From a virus (taxonomy: Duplodnaviria > Caudoviricetes), in IMG/VR virus record IMGVR_UViG_3300020045_005987, positions 1-59,874 of that record: a stretch of 59,874 nt of DNA; one strand, written 5' to 3'. The first letter of the stretch is position 1, and the number at the start of each line of letters is the position of its first letter. Below, piece after piece: positions 45,196-56,439 of this stretch. Position numbers and translations under genes: made by a program. The notes beneath the pieces are model-generated. The model had not been told where the DNA came from and ran no database searches. It worked only from the letters and a program-made list of their open reading frames with translations.

Positions 45196-45630
45196 ATGTC
45201 AAATAGTTTAACTCGTGAAGAAATTCTTGCCCTTGAAGACATCACCACCAAGGAAGTTGTAGTTCCTGAGAAGATTCCCGTATGGGGAGGCAACACATTC
45301 AGGATCAAGCAATTGACCAGAGGCCAACAGGACGAATATTTACAGCGTCAATATGGCTCTACCAGATTGAAGCAGGATAGAAAAGCCAAGAACCAAGAAA
45401 TCTCTGCTGTCAATCTTTACGGTCATGATGCGTGGATTTGTATTTCTGGTATCGTGGATGATAATGGCAAATCGTTGTTTCAAAGTGGCGATGAGGCCAA
45501 GTTGAAGAACAAAAGCGGTGAAGCAGTAGGATGGCTTGCGCGTGAAATTGTGAAATTTTCCGGCATGCTGGATGATGTTACTCCCGATGGTAAAGATACA
45601 AATCTTGAGGAAGAAGCAAAAAACTCATAG
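45196..45630 (+). CDS. Tail assembly chaperone (gpG-like)
   Basis: LTREEIL, WGG, ends EEAKNS. Confidence 0.85.
   Translation: MSNSLTREEILALEDITTKEVVVPEKIPVWGGNTFRIKQLTRGQQDEYLQRQYGSTRLKQDRKAKNQEISAVNLYGHDAWICISGIVDDNGKSLFQSGDEAKLKNKSGEAVGWLAREIVKFSGMLDDVTPDGKDTNLEEEAKNS
45618..45624 (+). promoter_or_regulatory. -1 ribosomal frameshift slippery site A AAA AAC
   Basis: -1 frame is open from 45624 into ORF ending 45968. Confidence 0.85.
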
Positions 45631-45968
45631 CCAACCCGGACGATTTATTTGATCTGCGTCTTGGGTTGGCGTTTGGGGATTTGCACCTTACCAAAGTCAG
45701 ATCGCTCCCATATCCACTGTATAAAAAGTGGAAGTTGTTCTACATGCTTGAACCTTGGGGATGGGAGAACTCTGAGTATCTGATGGCCGCTATTGTTGCT
45801 AAACTTCACAATATTAACCTTACTAAAGGCAAAGGCAAGCCGCCCTCTGAATTCATGCGAGACATGGTAAAGGAACTTCTCGAAGTGTTGAAGGAACAGC
45901 CTGATCCAACTGCAATGGATAGAGAAACTCTTATCAAGCACATAAAAAAGGACTTTCGAATAAAGTGA
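45624..45968 (+). CDS. Frameshift extension of tail chaperone (gpGT-like)
   Basis: No own RBS; LEPWG motif; abuts tape measure. Confidence 0.75.
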   Translation, partial: LIANPDDLFDLRLGLAFGDLHLTKVRSLPYPLYKKWKLFYMLEPWGWENSEYLMAAIVAKLHNINLTKGKGKPPSEFMRDMVKELLEVLKEQPDPTAMDRETLIKHIKKDFRIK

Positions 45969-47623
45969 CCACTGCCGCCGCAAGCATAAGTGCTACTTTG
46001 ACTCTTGATACTTCGCAATATGATGCCGGTTTGAAATCTGCCGGATCGCAGGCGGATACTTTCGCATCCAAGATGAAAAACGTAGGCAAGACCATGCAAC
46101 AGGTCGGCGCGGGCATGACCATTGGTTTGACGTTGCCTATCGTGGCGTTTGGTGCATCATCAGTAAACTCAGCGATGGAAGCCGAATCTGCTATGGCCGA
46201 GTTGGAAGCTGTGATCGAATCCACAGGCGGAAAAGCCGGGGTTACAGCATGGCAAGTGGAGGCATTAGCCAGACAGTTTCAAAGTGTTACAAAATTCTCT
46301 GATGAAGCCATCATGAATGGCGAGTCAATGTTGTTGACATTTACAAATATTGGAGAGGAGGTATTCCCACAAGCCACAGAAGCCATGCTTAATATGGCTG
46401 AGAAATTTGGAAGTATTGAGAGTGCTTCAATTCAATTAGGCAAGGCTCTTAATGATCCTGTGGCTGGTGCTACTGCGTTGAAGCGGGTTGGTGTTGCTTT
46501 ATCTGATGAACAGGAACAGCAGATTAAAGACTTTATGGCTGTCAATGATCTTGCATCGGCTCAAGGTGTCATTCTAAGAGAACTCGAAATTGAATTTGGT
46601 GGACTTGCCGAGGCCGCTGGTGCTACATCTTCCGGTCAAATGGCTCAGTTTACCAATAGATTGGATGACATGAAAGAAGTTATTGGATTGGCTTTAATCC
46701 CTGTGTTGATTCGTTTTATGGAAGCTGTCACTCCATTGATTGATAAATTTAGAGATGCAAGTCCGACAACGCAGAATTGGATCATTGCCATTTTTGCGCT
46801 TATTGCCGCCGCAGGTCCTTTGATCTCTATTTTTGGGACGATACTTACTGTTGTGACTTCTTTTGGTGCGGTTGCAGTTCCTGTGTTGATTGGGATTGCT
46901 TTAGCGTTGGGATTTTTAGCTTTACCCATTGCTATTGTCGCCGCAGTTTGGGGCGCGTTTTATCTTGCAGTTACTAATAATTTGCTTGGTATTCGGGACA
47001 AATTACAGGGTGTTATAGCCTTTATTGATGCTTTGCGGAATGGTGTATCGTTATTATTTGAAGATGGATCAGGGGCTTTAGCTGACTTAGCTATTGCTTT
47101 TGGATTTTCCGAGGAAGCCGCGATGAAGTTCTTTGGCAATGTGTTCTTTATAGTTTCCGGAGTAATCAAGCTTTTCAAAGGTGATTTGTTTAATGCCATC
47201 AAAGATTTTGCTGTTGTATTTGGTATAACTAATCCCATGTTCGATGCTTGGTTTGCTAGGATCATAGGTGGTTTTGTTGGAATAATTAATACGATCAAAA
47301 ATGTTGTTAATGCCATAATTTCTATGGCTAAGACTTTGGCAAGTATCGTAATCCCTGCCGCATTACGACCCGGAAGCCCAACTCCATTTGAAATGGGATT
47401 GCGTGGAATTACGTCTGCCATGAACACATTGACTGGTCAAGCCTTGCCCAAACTCACTGGTGGATTGAGTGTCACTCAGGCCATTACTGGCGTGGCTGGT
47501 GGCAATGCAGGAGCGTCCAACAAGTCAACAGTAATCAATATCAATAACCCTGTGACTGAAACGTCTGACAAATCCATCAGGCGCACAATGAAGAATTTGA
47601 GTTACCTTGGAGTTGAGAAATAA
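45965..47623 (+). CDS. Tape measure protein (552 aa)
   Basis: LTLPI, LGKALNDP, hydrophobic repeats, GSPTP. Confidence 0.9.
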   Translation: MTTAAASISATLTLDTSQYDAGLKSAGSQADTFASKMKNVGKTMQQVGAGMTIGLTLPIVAFGASSVNSAMEAESAMAELEAVIESTGGKAGVTAWQVEALARQFQSVTKFSDEAIMNGESMLLTFTNIGEEVFPQATEAMLNMAEKFGSIESASIQLGKALNDPVAGATALKRVGVALSDEQEQQIKDFMAVNDLASAQGVILRELEIEFGGLAEAAGATSSGQMAQFTNRLDDMKEVIGLALIPVLIRFMEAVTPLIDKFRDASPTTQNWIIAIFALIAAAGPLISIFGTILTVVTSFGAVAVPVLIGIALALGFLALPIAIVAAVWGAFYLAVTNNLLGIRDKLQGVIAFIDALRNGVSLLFEDGSGALADLAIAFGFSEEAAMKFFGNVFFIVSGVIKLFKGDLFNAIKDFAVVFGITNPMFDAWFARIIGGFVGIINTIKNVVNAIISMAKTLASIVIPAALRPGSPTPFEMGLRGITSAMNTLTGQALPKLTGGLSVTQAITGVAGGNAGASNKSTVININNPVTETSDKSIRRTMKNLSYLGVEK

Positions 47624-48409
47624 ATGACACAGGCATGGTCTTTTGGCGGAGTATTGCTTGATACGTTTGGTGTAATCACCAAGCTTGATGACTCTTTGGA
47701 TCTTCCAGAACGTCGTGGCGAGAATCATATGGTTCCAATGCATCATGGAACTATATTTGTCGAGAAATACTTTGATGAAAGAGCCGTTGCGTTTGGTGTA
47801 ACGATAAAAGGTTTGACCATTGCTGATGTGCAGGAGAGATATGATGCCCTTCGTAAACTGATTGGCGTTCGAACACAGCAAACTCTGATGTATTACTTGG
47901 ATGATGGGACAATTCGAACTGCTCAGGCCAGTGTCAAACGTGCCCTGTCTGTGAGTCACGAATCCCCCTTGGTGACAAGGCTTGTTCTTGAGTTTTCGCT
48001 GGCAAATCCGTTTTTCAGGTTGAGTACTGCCATTGCTGACAATGAGACAACGATTGATGCATCACCCAAGGCGATGACTGTCAATAATCCCGGCACAGTG
48101 GAGGAACGGGATGCGACGATTATCCTGACCGGTCCACTGCAAAACACAGTCATCACGAATTCCACTAATGGGTGCACGTTGACTTATACGGGCACGATTG
48201 CATCCCCAAGAGTTGTGACAATCTCGACTGATGCATATGGTCAGTATGTTGCTACAGACGATTTGGGAGCGAATAAGATTGGAGTGATTACTCATTCCGG
48301 AGATGCGGCACTGATGCGTTTTGATCCGGGCGATAACGTTTTATCAATTACAGATGCAACTGCCACAACTGGAAAAGTCAAGGTTACGTTTAATGCACCG
48401 TTTTTATAG
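47624..48409 (+). CDS. Distal tail protein (Dit)
   Basis: After TMP; NPFF, NPG, PGDN.L. Confidence 0.8.
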   Translation: MTQAWSFGGVLLDTFGVITKLDDSLDLPERRGENHMVPMHHGTIFVEKYFDERAVAFGVTIKGLTIADVQERYDALRKLIGVRTQQTLMYYLDDGTIRTAQASVKRALSVSHESPLVTRLVLEFSLANPFFRLSTAIADNETTIDASPKAMTVNNPGTVEERDATIILTGPLQNTVITNSTNGCTLTYTGTIASPRVVTISTDAYGQYVATDDLGANKIGVITHSGDAALMRFDPGDNVLSITDATATTGKVKVTFNAPFL

Positions 48410-48415
48410 GAACAA

Positions 48416-51400
48416 ATGGCTGACACTGATAAGCTTGAATGGAGATTATTTGATACAGATCTAACCACTACCATGGACATAGTACCGTCCAAGTCTGGTA
48501 GCGGGTTGTACTTTGAGTTGAATGAACCCGGAAGTGGGATGATCAAAATCCAACTTGACAGTGCCGCCGCCGGAGATGTTTCGTCTGGTAGATTTTTACG
48601 TAATTCGTTTCGGGGTGGAGTTAGAGGTGGATTTTTTGCTGAGAACATAAAGAAGGTTTACGCAGATCGCTCCGAGGGTGGAGGACGTGTCTTATCTGTT
48701 ACTGGACGAGGACCGCTTGCCCTGCTTGATGATGCCATTGTTTTTGATGAAGCGTCAGGTTCTACTCGTGATTATACGGCCATGACAAAAGCCGGGATAA
48801 TGATCGAATTGATTGATGAAGCACAGGCAAGAGGAGCATTAGCAAATCTGACTTATGATTTTACGGCTGTGGTTGACAGTGATGGGGTGGCTTGGACTGA
48901 TAGCGAATATTATAGTTTGGCTGTTGGAACTTCCCTGCTGGACGTGGCAAGACAGTTCGCGCGCGCGGGAGAGTTTGATTTTGATATTGTTTTATCAGGA
49001 TCAAGCTTTGTTTTAAGTGCGTACAAAAATGGGAAGGGTACTGACAAATCTGAGACTATCTATTTTAGGGTTGGAAAAAACTGTGAAGAAGTTAATTCCG
49101 ATGAGCGTGGGGATAAGATCAAGAACGTCCTGCGGGTTGCGTATAAGGATGGGTACATAACGTCCAGCGATCCGACCTCGATCACAAATCGCAGGAGACG
49201 TGAAGAACTTTTTAATGTCAAACAGGCTCAGACATCTTCATCAGCTATGACTGCTGGTGCGGCAAAACTTGCGTTGACAAAAGACCCCAAGTTTCAAATA
49301 GCGTTGCGAGTTTTCGATGATGCTGGTGTCAATGTATTTGTTGATTATGATCTTGGGGACACTGTCATGCTTGACAATTCCGGTACTGAAACGGCTTATC
49401 GAATTTATGGTTTACAGGTGGATTTTGACGAGACTGGTAATGCCAGCGTTGTAGTTGAACTTAACTCGACCATGTATGACAATGATGTTCGGATGTCTCA
49501 GGATTTGGATTGGCTTCTTGATCAGTGGAATACTGCGTATGATGCTGGTTTATTGGAAGTTAGTTTTTGGGCGGCATTGGGATTGTCTAGTGATACCATT
49601 GTGAATGAAGGCATCTCGGCGATGCACATAATAGGGGATGAAATATATATAGGCACGCTTAACACGTCTGTTTTAGGCGGATTGACCGACCCGACTTTGG
49701 GAACTTTTTTTTGGTATAACTTCAAGACTGGCGTTTGGGGTTCGGCATATGCTGGCGGAGGTATCCGCACATTCGCATCAATTGGAACTAATTTATATAT
49801 TGGGTTGGCGTTGGGTGCGGTGGAACTTTATGATACCATCACCAAGCCCGCAATGGCAACAGACGTATTAAGCTTTGATTGGTCTTTTGAAACTAATCTA
49901 ACAGACGTGCGGGCGATGGCCGCTATTGGAACTGATTTGTATGTCGGTGGATATTTCGATTCTGCGGACGATGGTACTGGAGGAGCAACGGCGGCATTGC
50001 ATATCTGCAAATATGACACGTTGACCGACACTGTTTCAGCTATCGGAGCAGGGGCAAATAATAAGATTTGGTCTTTTGCTGTGAGTGGCTCCACTTTATA
50101 TATGGGCGGGGAGTTTACGACCCTTGATGGAGGCGCGGCAGTAAGAGTTGGAAAACTTATAAGCACAACTTACTCAGCTTTGGGCGCTGGGTTGGATGGG
50201 ACTGTTTATGCCCTCGCAATTAGCGGATCAAATCTAATCGCTGGCGGTGCGTTCACTGGCAAGATAGCAGAATGGGATACGTCCGCTTGGGCTGTCTTGG
50301 GTGGAGGAGTTAATAATACAGTCTACGGGCTTGCGGTTTATCTCGCTGATATTTATGCAGTGGGCGCATTCACTGATGTCGGAAATAGAATCGCGGTGTA
50401 CAGCGGCGGAGCGTGGCGGGCTTTGGCCGAAGGGCTAAATGATACCTGCTATGCAATTGTTCTCAACAACGAGGATGTTTATGTTGGCGGAAAATTTACA
50501 ACCGCAGGATTGAAAACAGCAATTGGAGTCGCGGCTTATTTCAACAACTTTGACAGCCTGATGGATTATGCGGGAGCGTATAGTTCATTCGATATGGGGG
50601 CGGCTATTCATGCGGCCGCCGCATCCGCTATCACTGATACAGATGAAGTTCCATTTTGGGAGGCGACTGCCAATGGTCTTCGAAAGATCACGTGGGCTAA
50701 TATAAAGACAACACTTAAGACTTACTTTGATACGCTTTATGCTGATTTGGTTCAAACAGCGGGGCGGGTGATAATATCTGACCCCGTATCTGGAGAGGTA
50801 ACAACAGATGCGACCCTGAAATTTAATTCTGATAACGCCTCAAAGCAATTGCACTTGGGAATAGTCAACGGGACAACAGGAAATTATATTTTCAATCAGG
50901 GTAATGAGGGCGGGTCTGCGATTCACTTTATGGAAACTTACGGCGCGGGTGCGATAGGTTCGTTTGTTTCTGGTATTCGCGCGCAGGGTACGCAGGAAGT
51001 CCCCACCGCAGTTTTAGCCAATGATCTTATATTGCGCTTGCGCGCGCGAGCGTATTATGACGCTGGGCTTTTAGCCAACACGACAGCAGAAATAAGATTG
51101 GTAGCTGACGAAAACCACAGCGTAACAAACCAAGGGTCAAGAATTGAGTTTCTGGCAACTCCGAACGGAAGCACTGTTGCTTCAATTGCAACAACATTGA
51201 CGCTTTACGGAACGGGTGCGGCAACTCTGGCGGGGAGATTGACAAGTGCGGGTCATACTATAGACACCAATTCCACAACTGCGTTATTAGTAGAACAGGA
51301 CGGCGTAAAAGATAATGTGTTTATTGTTGATACTACCAACGCAAGAGTTGGAATAGGAATTGTTCCCACATTAGCCTCATTGCACATAGAAGAAACAAGG

Positions 51401-52906
51401 ACACAAACAACATCTATTTTTGGAGAAGGTGGATTTTATATAAAAGAGACAGTGTCGCCTTCTGGTTCTTCGTCTGCAAATATAAGTGGTGGAACTTTTT
51501 ACGTAGTTCCAACTGGGGCTAATAACATTACTGGAAACATATTTGCACTTCAAGGATATGTTGATAATGCCAATACTGGAACAATAGAAACAATCTCTGG
51601 ATATTCGCTAACATTAAACAATGCTGGAATTGGGGTGATAAACAATGCGGTTGGAGTGCTTCCGCTTATAAGGTCGTCAAGTGGGACTATTGTTACGGCG
51701 GCCTCAATTTACACAAGCGTGCAGGCGTTTGGCGGAGCAATAACAACCGCTCACGGAATCTATATATCCGCACCAACTAAATCGGGCGCAGGAACAATAG
51801 GCACGACTTATGGAATTAGAATTTTTAATCAGGGATTTGTTGTACCGACGGTTGCGGCTTATGGTTTGTATCTTGGTAATCAAACAGGAGCGCCAGCGAA
51901 CTATGCGATTTTTACCAATGCTGGCCTAAATAGTTTTGGGGATCAATTAGCTATTGTTGGAAGTGCAGACCGACAACAGTTAATCGTCACAGGCTTTACA
52001 ACGCAGGCAGTTGCAACCCCGATGGCTCAAATCACCCGCAACGATACAGCGGCTGGCCTCTCGGCCATGCTCGGGCTTACCGCTCTTGGAAGCGGGGCAA
52101 ACGGGGACGGTGGGTCAATTCTGCTCAAAGGAAAAACAAGTACAACTGCCGCGCAGTCAATGGCAACAATTGATTATCGCTTTATCAATGCTACTCACGC
52201 ATCCTACACAACTGCTCTTAGATTTTATGCCCATGATGTGGCGGGGGCTAGGTTGGGAATTGAAATAGAAGCGAGTGGTTCAGTGGCGAAACTTGGGTTC
52301 TTTGGCGCGACAACCATCGTACAACCTGCAAATACAACCGACCTTAGAACTGCAATTATAAATCTTGGCTTGCTTGCATCAGGCGGAGCTACTCCCCTTG
52401 ACCTGAACGGTGGTGCTATTTCCAATGCAACTAAAAAAGACTCTGGCATCCACCAGTCAATGTCTATTACCTATATTGACGGGACGGGAACGGCGGGTGC
52501 GGATAACACGGCGCAGACGGTAAAGACTATTACCCTTCCTGCAAACTCCATGACTCAGGTAGGCGACAGAATACGAATTAGAACCTACTGGAGAGGCGAT
52601 ACAGGTACGGCCATAACTGGAACAAATAAACTCGGCCCGGCTGGTTCGGAAGTAGCCATTTCCGACACTACAGATTTAGGCGGGGCTACCCTGCAAGTGA
52701 ATGAAGCGTGGCTACATTATATTGATAACACTCATGCCAATATTATCGAGAATGAGGCAGGCGGGGTTGGCGCATTGTCTGCTCCGAATGTAGCTGGATT
52801 TACGTGGAATGCCTCGCAAGATATTATCTTTACTCAATCAGCGGCGGTTAATAATCATTGCGTTCTTTTTGCTCTTATTGTAGATCGCTTTCCAAGGGGG
52901 GTATAA
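48416..52906 (+). CDS. Tail tip/receptor-binding protein: Tal-like N-terminus, beta-propeller repeats, fibre
   Basis: LNEPGSG, YDLGD; repeated V.ALA......LY.GG.FT; G/T/A-rich C-terminus. Confidence 0.85.
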   Translation: MADTDKLEWRLFDTDLTTTMDIVPSKSGSGLYFELNEPGSGMIKIQLDSAAAGDVSSGRFLRNSFRGGVRGGFFAENIKKVYADRSEGGGRVLSVTGRGPLALLDDAIVFDEASGSTRDYTAMTKAGIMIELIDEAQARGALANLTYDFTAVVDSDGVAWTDSEYYSLAVGTSLLDVARQFARAGEFDFDIVLSGSSFVLSAYKNGKGTDKSETIYFRVGKNCEEVNSDERGDKIKNVLRVAYKDGYITSSDPTSITNRRRREELFNVKQAQTSSSAMTAGAAKLALTKDPKFQIALRVFDDAGVNVFVDYDLGDTVMLDNSGTETAYRIYGLQVDFDETGNASVVVELNSTMYDNDVRMSQDLDWLLDQWNTAYDAGLLEVSFWAALGLSSDTIVNEGISAMHIIGDEIYIGTLNTSVLGGLTDPTLGTFFWYNFKTGVWGSAYAGGGIRTFASIGTNLYIGLALGAVELYDTITKPAMATDVLSFDWSFETNLTDVRAMAAIGTDLYVGGYFDSADDGTGGATAALHICKYDTLTDTVSAIGAGANNKIWSFAVSGSTLYMGGEFTTLDGGAAVRVGKLISTTYSALGAGLDGTVYALAISGSNLIAGGAFTGKIAEWDTSAWAVLGGGVNNTVYGLAVYLADIYAVGAFTDVGNRIAVYSGGAWRALAEGLNDTCYAIVLNNEDVYVGGKFTTAGLKTAIGVAAYFNNFDSLMDYAGAYSSFDMGAAIHAAAASAITDTDEVPFWEATANGLRKITWANIKTTLKTYFDTLYADLVQTAGRVIISDPVSGEVTTDATLKFNSDNASKQLHLGIVNGTTGNYIFNQGNEGGSAIHFMETYGAGAIGSFVSGIRAQGTQEVPTAVLANDLILRLRARAYYDAGLLANTTAEIRLVADENHSVTNQGSRIEFLATPNGSTVASIATTLTLYGTGAATLAGRLTSAGHTIDTNSTTALLVEQDGVKDNVFIVDTTNARVGIGIVPTLASLHIEETRTQTTSIFGEGGFYIKETVSPSGSSSANISGGTFYVVPTGANNITGNIFALQGYVDNANTGTIETISGYSLTLNNAGIGVINNAVGVLPLIRSSSGTIVTAASIYTSVQAFGGAITTAHGIYISAPTKSGAGTIGTTYGIRIFNQGFVVPTVAAYGLYLGNQTGAPANYAIFTNAGLNSFGDQLAIVGSADRQQLIVTGFTTQAVATPMAQITRNDTAAGLSAMLGLTALGSGANGDGGSILLKGKTSTTAAQSMATIDYRFINATHASYTTALRFYAHDVAGARLGIEIEASGSVAKLGFFGATTIVQPANTTDLRTAIINLGLLASGGATPLDLNGGAISNATKKDSGIHQSMSITYIDGTGTAGADNTAQTVKTITLPANSMTQVGDRIRIRTYWRGDTGTAITGTNKLGPAGSEVAISDTTDLGGATLQVNEAWLHYIDNTHANIIENEAGGVGALSAPNVAGFTWNASQDIIFTQSAAVNNHCVLFALIVDRFPRGV

Positions 52907-53848
52907 ATGACAATTAAATCTATTGCTCAATTCGATTTTGTTTGTGACACAATAGCCGAAAGAGATTCGGTTACTCAATTCGGTTCTGAGGGTTGGAGAT
53001 GTTTTGTAAAAGATGATGGCACATTAAACGGCAGATCGTATGTCTTGACTGGTGGAGTTTGGATTTCTTCCCAGCCTGCTGGTTCGGGGGGAGGGCCGCA
53101 CACCCATCCCGAAAGCGAGGTAACTAATCTAGTAACCGACCTAAGCGGAAAAGCCGCATCTACTCACACGCATGATTATGAGCCTGCAAACATCAATATA
53201 CAATCACACATTTTATCCACCCACGCGCCTGCGAACGCACAAAAGAACAGCGATATTTTACAAGCCGAGATTGAAGCGAAACTGACTGGAGTTATATCAA
53301 GCCACTCGCACGCGGGAGGGGGTTCCGCTCTTGGGGTAGTAGATGATTTACAAATATCCATCCTTCAAACCGATGGTACTTTAAATGCGGCATTGGGTGT
53401 ACAGACATGGTGTGGAACGAATAAGGCAACGCAGGATGTATTCACGGTAGAGGCCAACACAACTTATAAAGTGCGCGGCCAGTTATATATAAACACAGGA
53501 GCGACCACTCACACTACCGCGATGGCTTGGGCTTTGGCTACTGCAACAGTGACAAGTTTTCAATATCAGGTTTTATTGTGGAGTGCCGCGCTCAATGCGA
53601 TTGCAACCGCTCAAAGTACTGTCCATGTTTCAGGCGTGGCTTCGAAAGTTCTGAATGCGACTAGCACGGCAGTTTATACGATTATCCAATTTGAGGGTAT
53701 TCTAGTGACTGGCACTGGTGGTACAATCACGCCACAGATCAATTTTTCAGCCAACCCGACAGGCACAAATCTAATGAAAGCAGGTTCTTGGATTTCGTTT
53801 TCCAAGATCGGCGCGAATAGTTTTGTTGAATCTGGTGGATGGGCTTAG
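52907..53848 (+). CDS. Tail fibre/accessory protein
   Basis: HTH/HSH repeats; beta-sandwich C-terminus. Confidence 0.75.
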   Translation: MTIKSIAQFDFVCDTIAERDSVTQFGSEGWRCFVKDDGTLNGRSYVLTGGVWISSQPAGSGGGPHTHPESEVTNLVTDLSGKAASTHTHDYEPANINIQSHILSTHAPANAQKNSDILQAEIEAKLTGVISSHSHAGGGSALGVVDDLQISILQTDGTLNAALGVQTWCGTNKATQDVFTVEANTTYKVRGQLYINTGATTHTTAMAWALATATVTSFQYQVLLWSAALNAIATAQSTVHVSGVASKVLNATSTAVYTIIQFEGILVTGTGGTITPQINFSANPTGTNLMKAGSWISFSKIGANSFVESGGWA

Positions 53849-53858
53849 GAGTATAAAA

Positions 53859-54155
53859 ATGGCAATACCAAATAATGTTCAACAAAACATCCTAGTTGCA
53901 ATGCAACAGAAATCCATCTCTCTTTTGCAGGATAGGAATACGCTTTTATATATCACTCAAATGTGGGCAAACGAAGGACTGGCTTCTCTGGCTGATATTG
54001 ATATACAGTCTTTGGCTGATTTTGTGGGAGTGACAGCAACAGAGGCTCTTGCCGCCAAGCAAGCAATGGACGCAATCTTAACTACGCTTGGAGATCCCGG
54101 AACGGCCGGCACAAATGCGTATAAATTGCTTAAGCTTGCAAATAACATACCGTAA
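53859..54155 (+). CDS. Hypothetical protein
   Basis: AGGAG RBS. Confidence 0.7.
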   Translation: MAIPNNVQQNILVAMQQKSISLLQDRNTLLYITQMWANEGLASLADIDIQSLADFVGVTATEALAAKQAMDAILTTLGDPGTAGTNAYKLLKLANNIP

Positions 54156-54168
54156 AAAAGGATTCGAA

Positions 54169-54603
54169 ATGACCCCCATAAAAATTTCTCTCAAGAAAAT
54201 TGTGAACTCTGCCGAGGCTCTTATTAAGCTCGGAAATGAAAAGATAGTTTGCAAAAACTCAGGCAAGATTACTTATGCTATCTCAAAGAACATTGCTCAA
54301 ACCGATCCGCATGTGATTGCCTTCCAGAAAAGCCAACAAAACTTGATGGAGAAATACCGTGTTTTGACAAAGGTTCCGTTTATTGATGCGAATAAGCAAT
54401 TAACCTTTGAAGAAAAATGGATCATCCCTCCGAAAGATCAAAAAGCATACGAAGCTGAGATTGAAGAAATTTTGGCCGAGGAAATAGAACTTGAAATTCG
54501 TCCAGTTGTATTTCCTGAACCGACAGAAGAAAGTTCATTGCCGTTAAGTTCTGTTGACTTGTATCTGCTGGATTGGATGGTTTCGATTGAAGGTTATGAA
54601 TAA
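54169..54603 (+). CDS. Hypothetical protein (post-fibre chaperone-like)
   Basis: AAGGA RBS; YAISKN...KY. Confidence 0.7.
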   Translation: MTPIKISLKKIVNSAEALIKLGNEKIVCKNSGKITYAISKNIAQTDPHVIAFQKSQQNLMEKYRVLTKVPFIDANKQLTFEEKWIIPPKDQKAYEAEIEEILAEEIELEIRPVVFPEPTEESSLPLSSVDLYLLDWMVSIEGYE

Positions 54604-54733
54604 TCGCAAACGAGTACTGCTTTTGTGCTTGTTTGTAGATTTGTTTCTGATTTTACTTGTCTTGGTTATTTATGCTGTTGTTGTGTTTGGGATTGACAAC
54701 CCCATCATTATGTTCGATCAAGGATATTTCTGA
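54596..54733 (+). CDS. 45-aa single-TM protein (lysis accessory candidate)
   Basis: Hydrophobic; TGATG-coupled to lysin. Confidence 0.5.
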   Translation: MNNRKRVLLLCLFVDLFLILLVLVIYAVVVFGIDNPIIMFDQGYF

Positions 54734-56439
54734 TGGCGAATTTAGTTGGACCCGATGTTAGTTTCTATCAGGATGATGACGAAACTCCGAGACAGATTGA
54801 TTTCTTGAAAATGTCTCAGGAGGCTGGTTATGTCATCATCCGTGCTGGTCAGCGAAATTGGGTTGATCCTGACTTCGCCTATAACTGGCAACAGGCCAAG
54901 TTGTATAAATTGCCGCGCGGGTCATATTGGTTTTATGACAGTCGTTATGAACCAGTTGCACAGGCTGAACTTTGGGCGGAAGCTTTTCAGGGTGACTTTG
55001 GAGAACTTCCGTTATTTGCAGACTTTGAGAAGGAAACATGGACGCCGGGTCCGTATGCTGGATGGAAGAATTACAAGATATTCTTGGAACGGATCAAGAA
55101 GCTTGCCATTACGAAAGAGATTGCAATTTACACGGCGTATTATCATTGGAAAGATGATGTTAATGTGCCTGTGGCAGAGCAACCGTATTTCTCTCAGTTC
55201 CCTCTATGGATTGCCAATTATGGTGCTACCTCGCCGTTGATCCCTGCTCCATGGAGTGATGGAGAGTGGCTTTTCTGGCAGTACACTGAATCTGGTGATG
55301 GGAAGAAGTATGGGGCGGAAAGTAATAATATTGACCTGAACTATTTTCACGGTGACTTGATTTCGTTTCGTGAACGCTTTGGGCTGGATGCGCCTGACGT
55401 GCGCCCGTTGGATGTCGAGAGCCATACCACCCCGTTTGAAGGTGTTCAATTGCATCGTGTGTTTAGACATGGATCGTGGTGCAGTGTGGCCGTGATCGAG
55501 CCTGAGGGTAAAAGATTTCTTGTCACTCCGTTCAAGATGCGTACAACCTCACAGGCGGCCAAAGATTTGAAGGCACAGCTTGTCATGAATGGCGGAGCGC
55601 ATAATTCAGCGCGTGCCATTGGTTTGCATGTGACTGAGGCTCGTCAATTGCAGGGTCAGGATGAGTTTGAACCGTTTTGTAATTTTGGGTCGTATCAGAT
55701 GCCAACCATTGAATATTATGATTCAAGGATCATGAAATACAACTCACTTGCTGGCAAGCGAATGATCGTTGAGAATGGTTTGATAAGCCCAAACACATCA
55801 GCCGCGTGGTATGAACTCCATCCAAGAACATTGATTGGTGTGGATGGTTCTGGCCGGTCTGTCTGGTGCACAATAGACGGTAGACAAAATCCGTACAGCA
55901 AGGGTGCAACCCTCTTTGAAGCGGCAATGGTCATGGTTGAATTTGGGTGTGTACGTGCCATTGATCTTGATGGTGGTGGAAGTACCGCACTTTGTTTACA
56001 ACGCGATGGATCTTATAATGTTGTGAACTATCCCATAGATACGGGTATCCCGGGCAAAGAGCGAATAGTTGGTAATCATATTGCAATGTTTGTTGGTGGA
56101 ATCACTGATCCGCCACAAGGAGAAAGCATGAGATACAAAGTTTTAATAGCTGTAAAACCAAGACCGACTCCGGCCATTGCCGGTGGATCAAAGCCAAACC
56201 TGCCTGTTGGATATGAGTTTGACAGTACAGTAATGGTAAATGGCACCCCTGCTGGCACAACGTTTGTGCAATTGCCAGATGGTGATTATGTGCCGTTGAT
56301 CTATCTTGGCAAGGAATATGTCAAGGAGATTCCTGTGACCGTTCCATCACCTGTTGTTTATCCTCCGTTTGTTTTCCTGCAATTGCCGGATGCAAATGGC
56401 ATATTGCAACCCGGCAAGTTCTATGATGTCAGGATATGA
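54733..56439 (+). CDS. Endolysin: GH25 muramidase + NAGPA/phosphodiester-glycosidase domain
   Basis: DVSFYQ, G.YWF, DFE, LWIA.Y, FWQY, IDLN; PRTLIG, DGRQ, LDGGGST. Confidence 0.88.
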   Translation: MANLVGPDVSFYQDDDETPRQIDFLKMSQEAGYVIIRAGQRNWVDPDFAYNWQQAKLYKLPRGSYWFYDSRYEPVAQAELWAEAFQGDFGELPLFADFEKETWTPGPYAGWKNYKIFLERIKKLAITKEIAIYTAYYHWKDDVNVPVAEQPYFSQFPLWIANYGATSPLIPAPWSDGEWLFWQYTESGDGKKYGAESNNIDLNYFHGDLISFRERFGLDAPDVRPLDVESHTTPFEGVQLHRVFRHGSWCSVAVIEPEGKRFLVTPFKMRTTSQAAKDLKAQLVMNGGAHNSARAIGLHVTEARQLQGQDEFEPFCNFGSYQMPTIEYYDSRIMKYNSLAGKRMIVENGLISPNTSAAWYELHPRTLIGVDGSGRSVWCTIDGRQNPYSKGATLFEAAMVMVEFGCVRAIDLDGGGSTALCLQRDGSYNVVNYPIDTGIPGKERIVGNHIAMFVGGITDPPQGESMRYKVLIAVKPRPTPAIAGGSKPNLPVGYEFDSTVMVNGTPAGTTFVQLPDGDYVPLIYLGKEYVKEIPVTVPSPVVYPPFVFLQLPDANGILQPGKFYDVRI

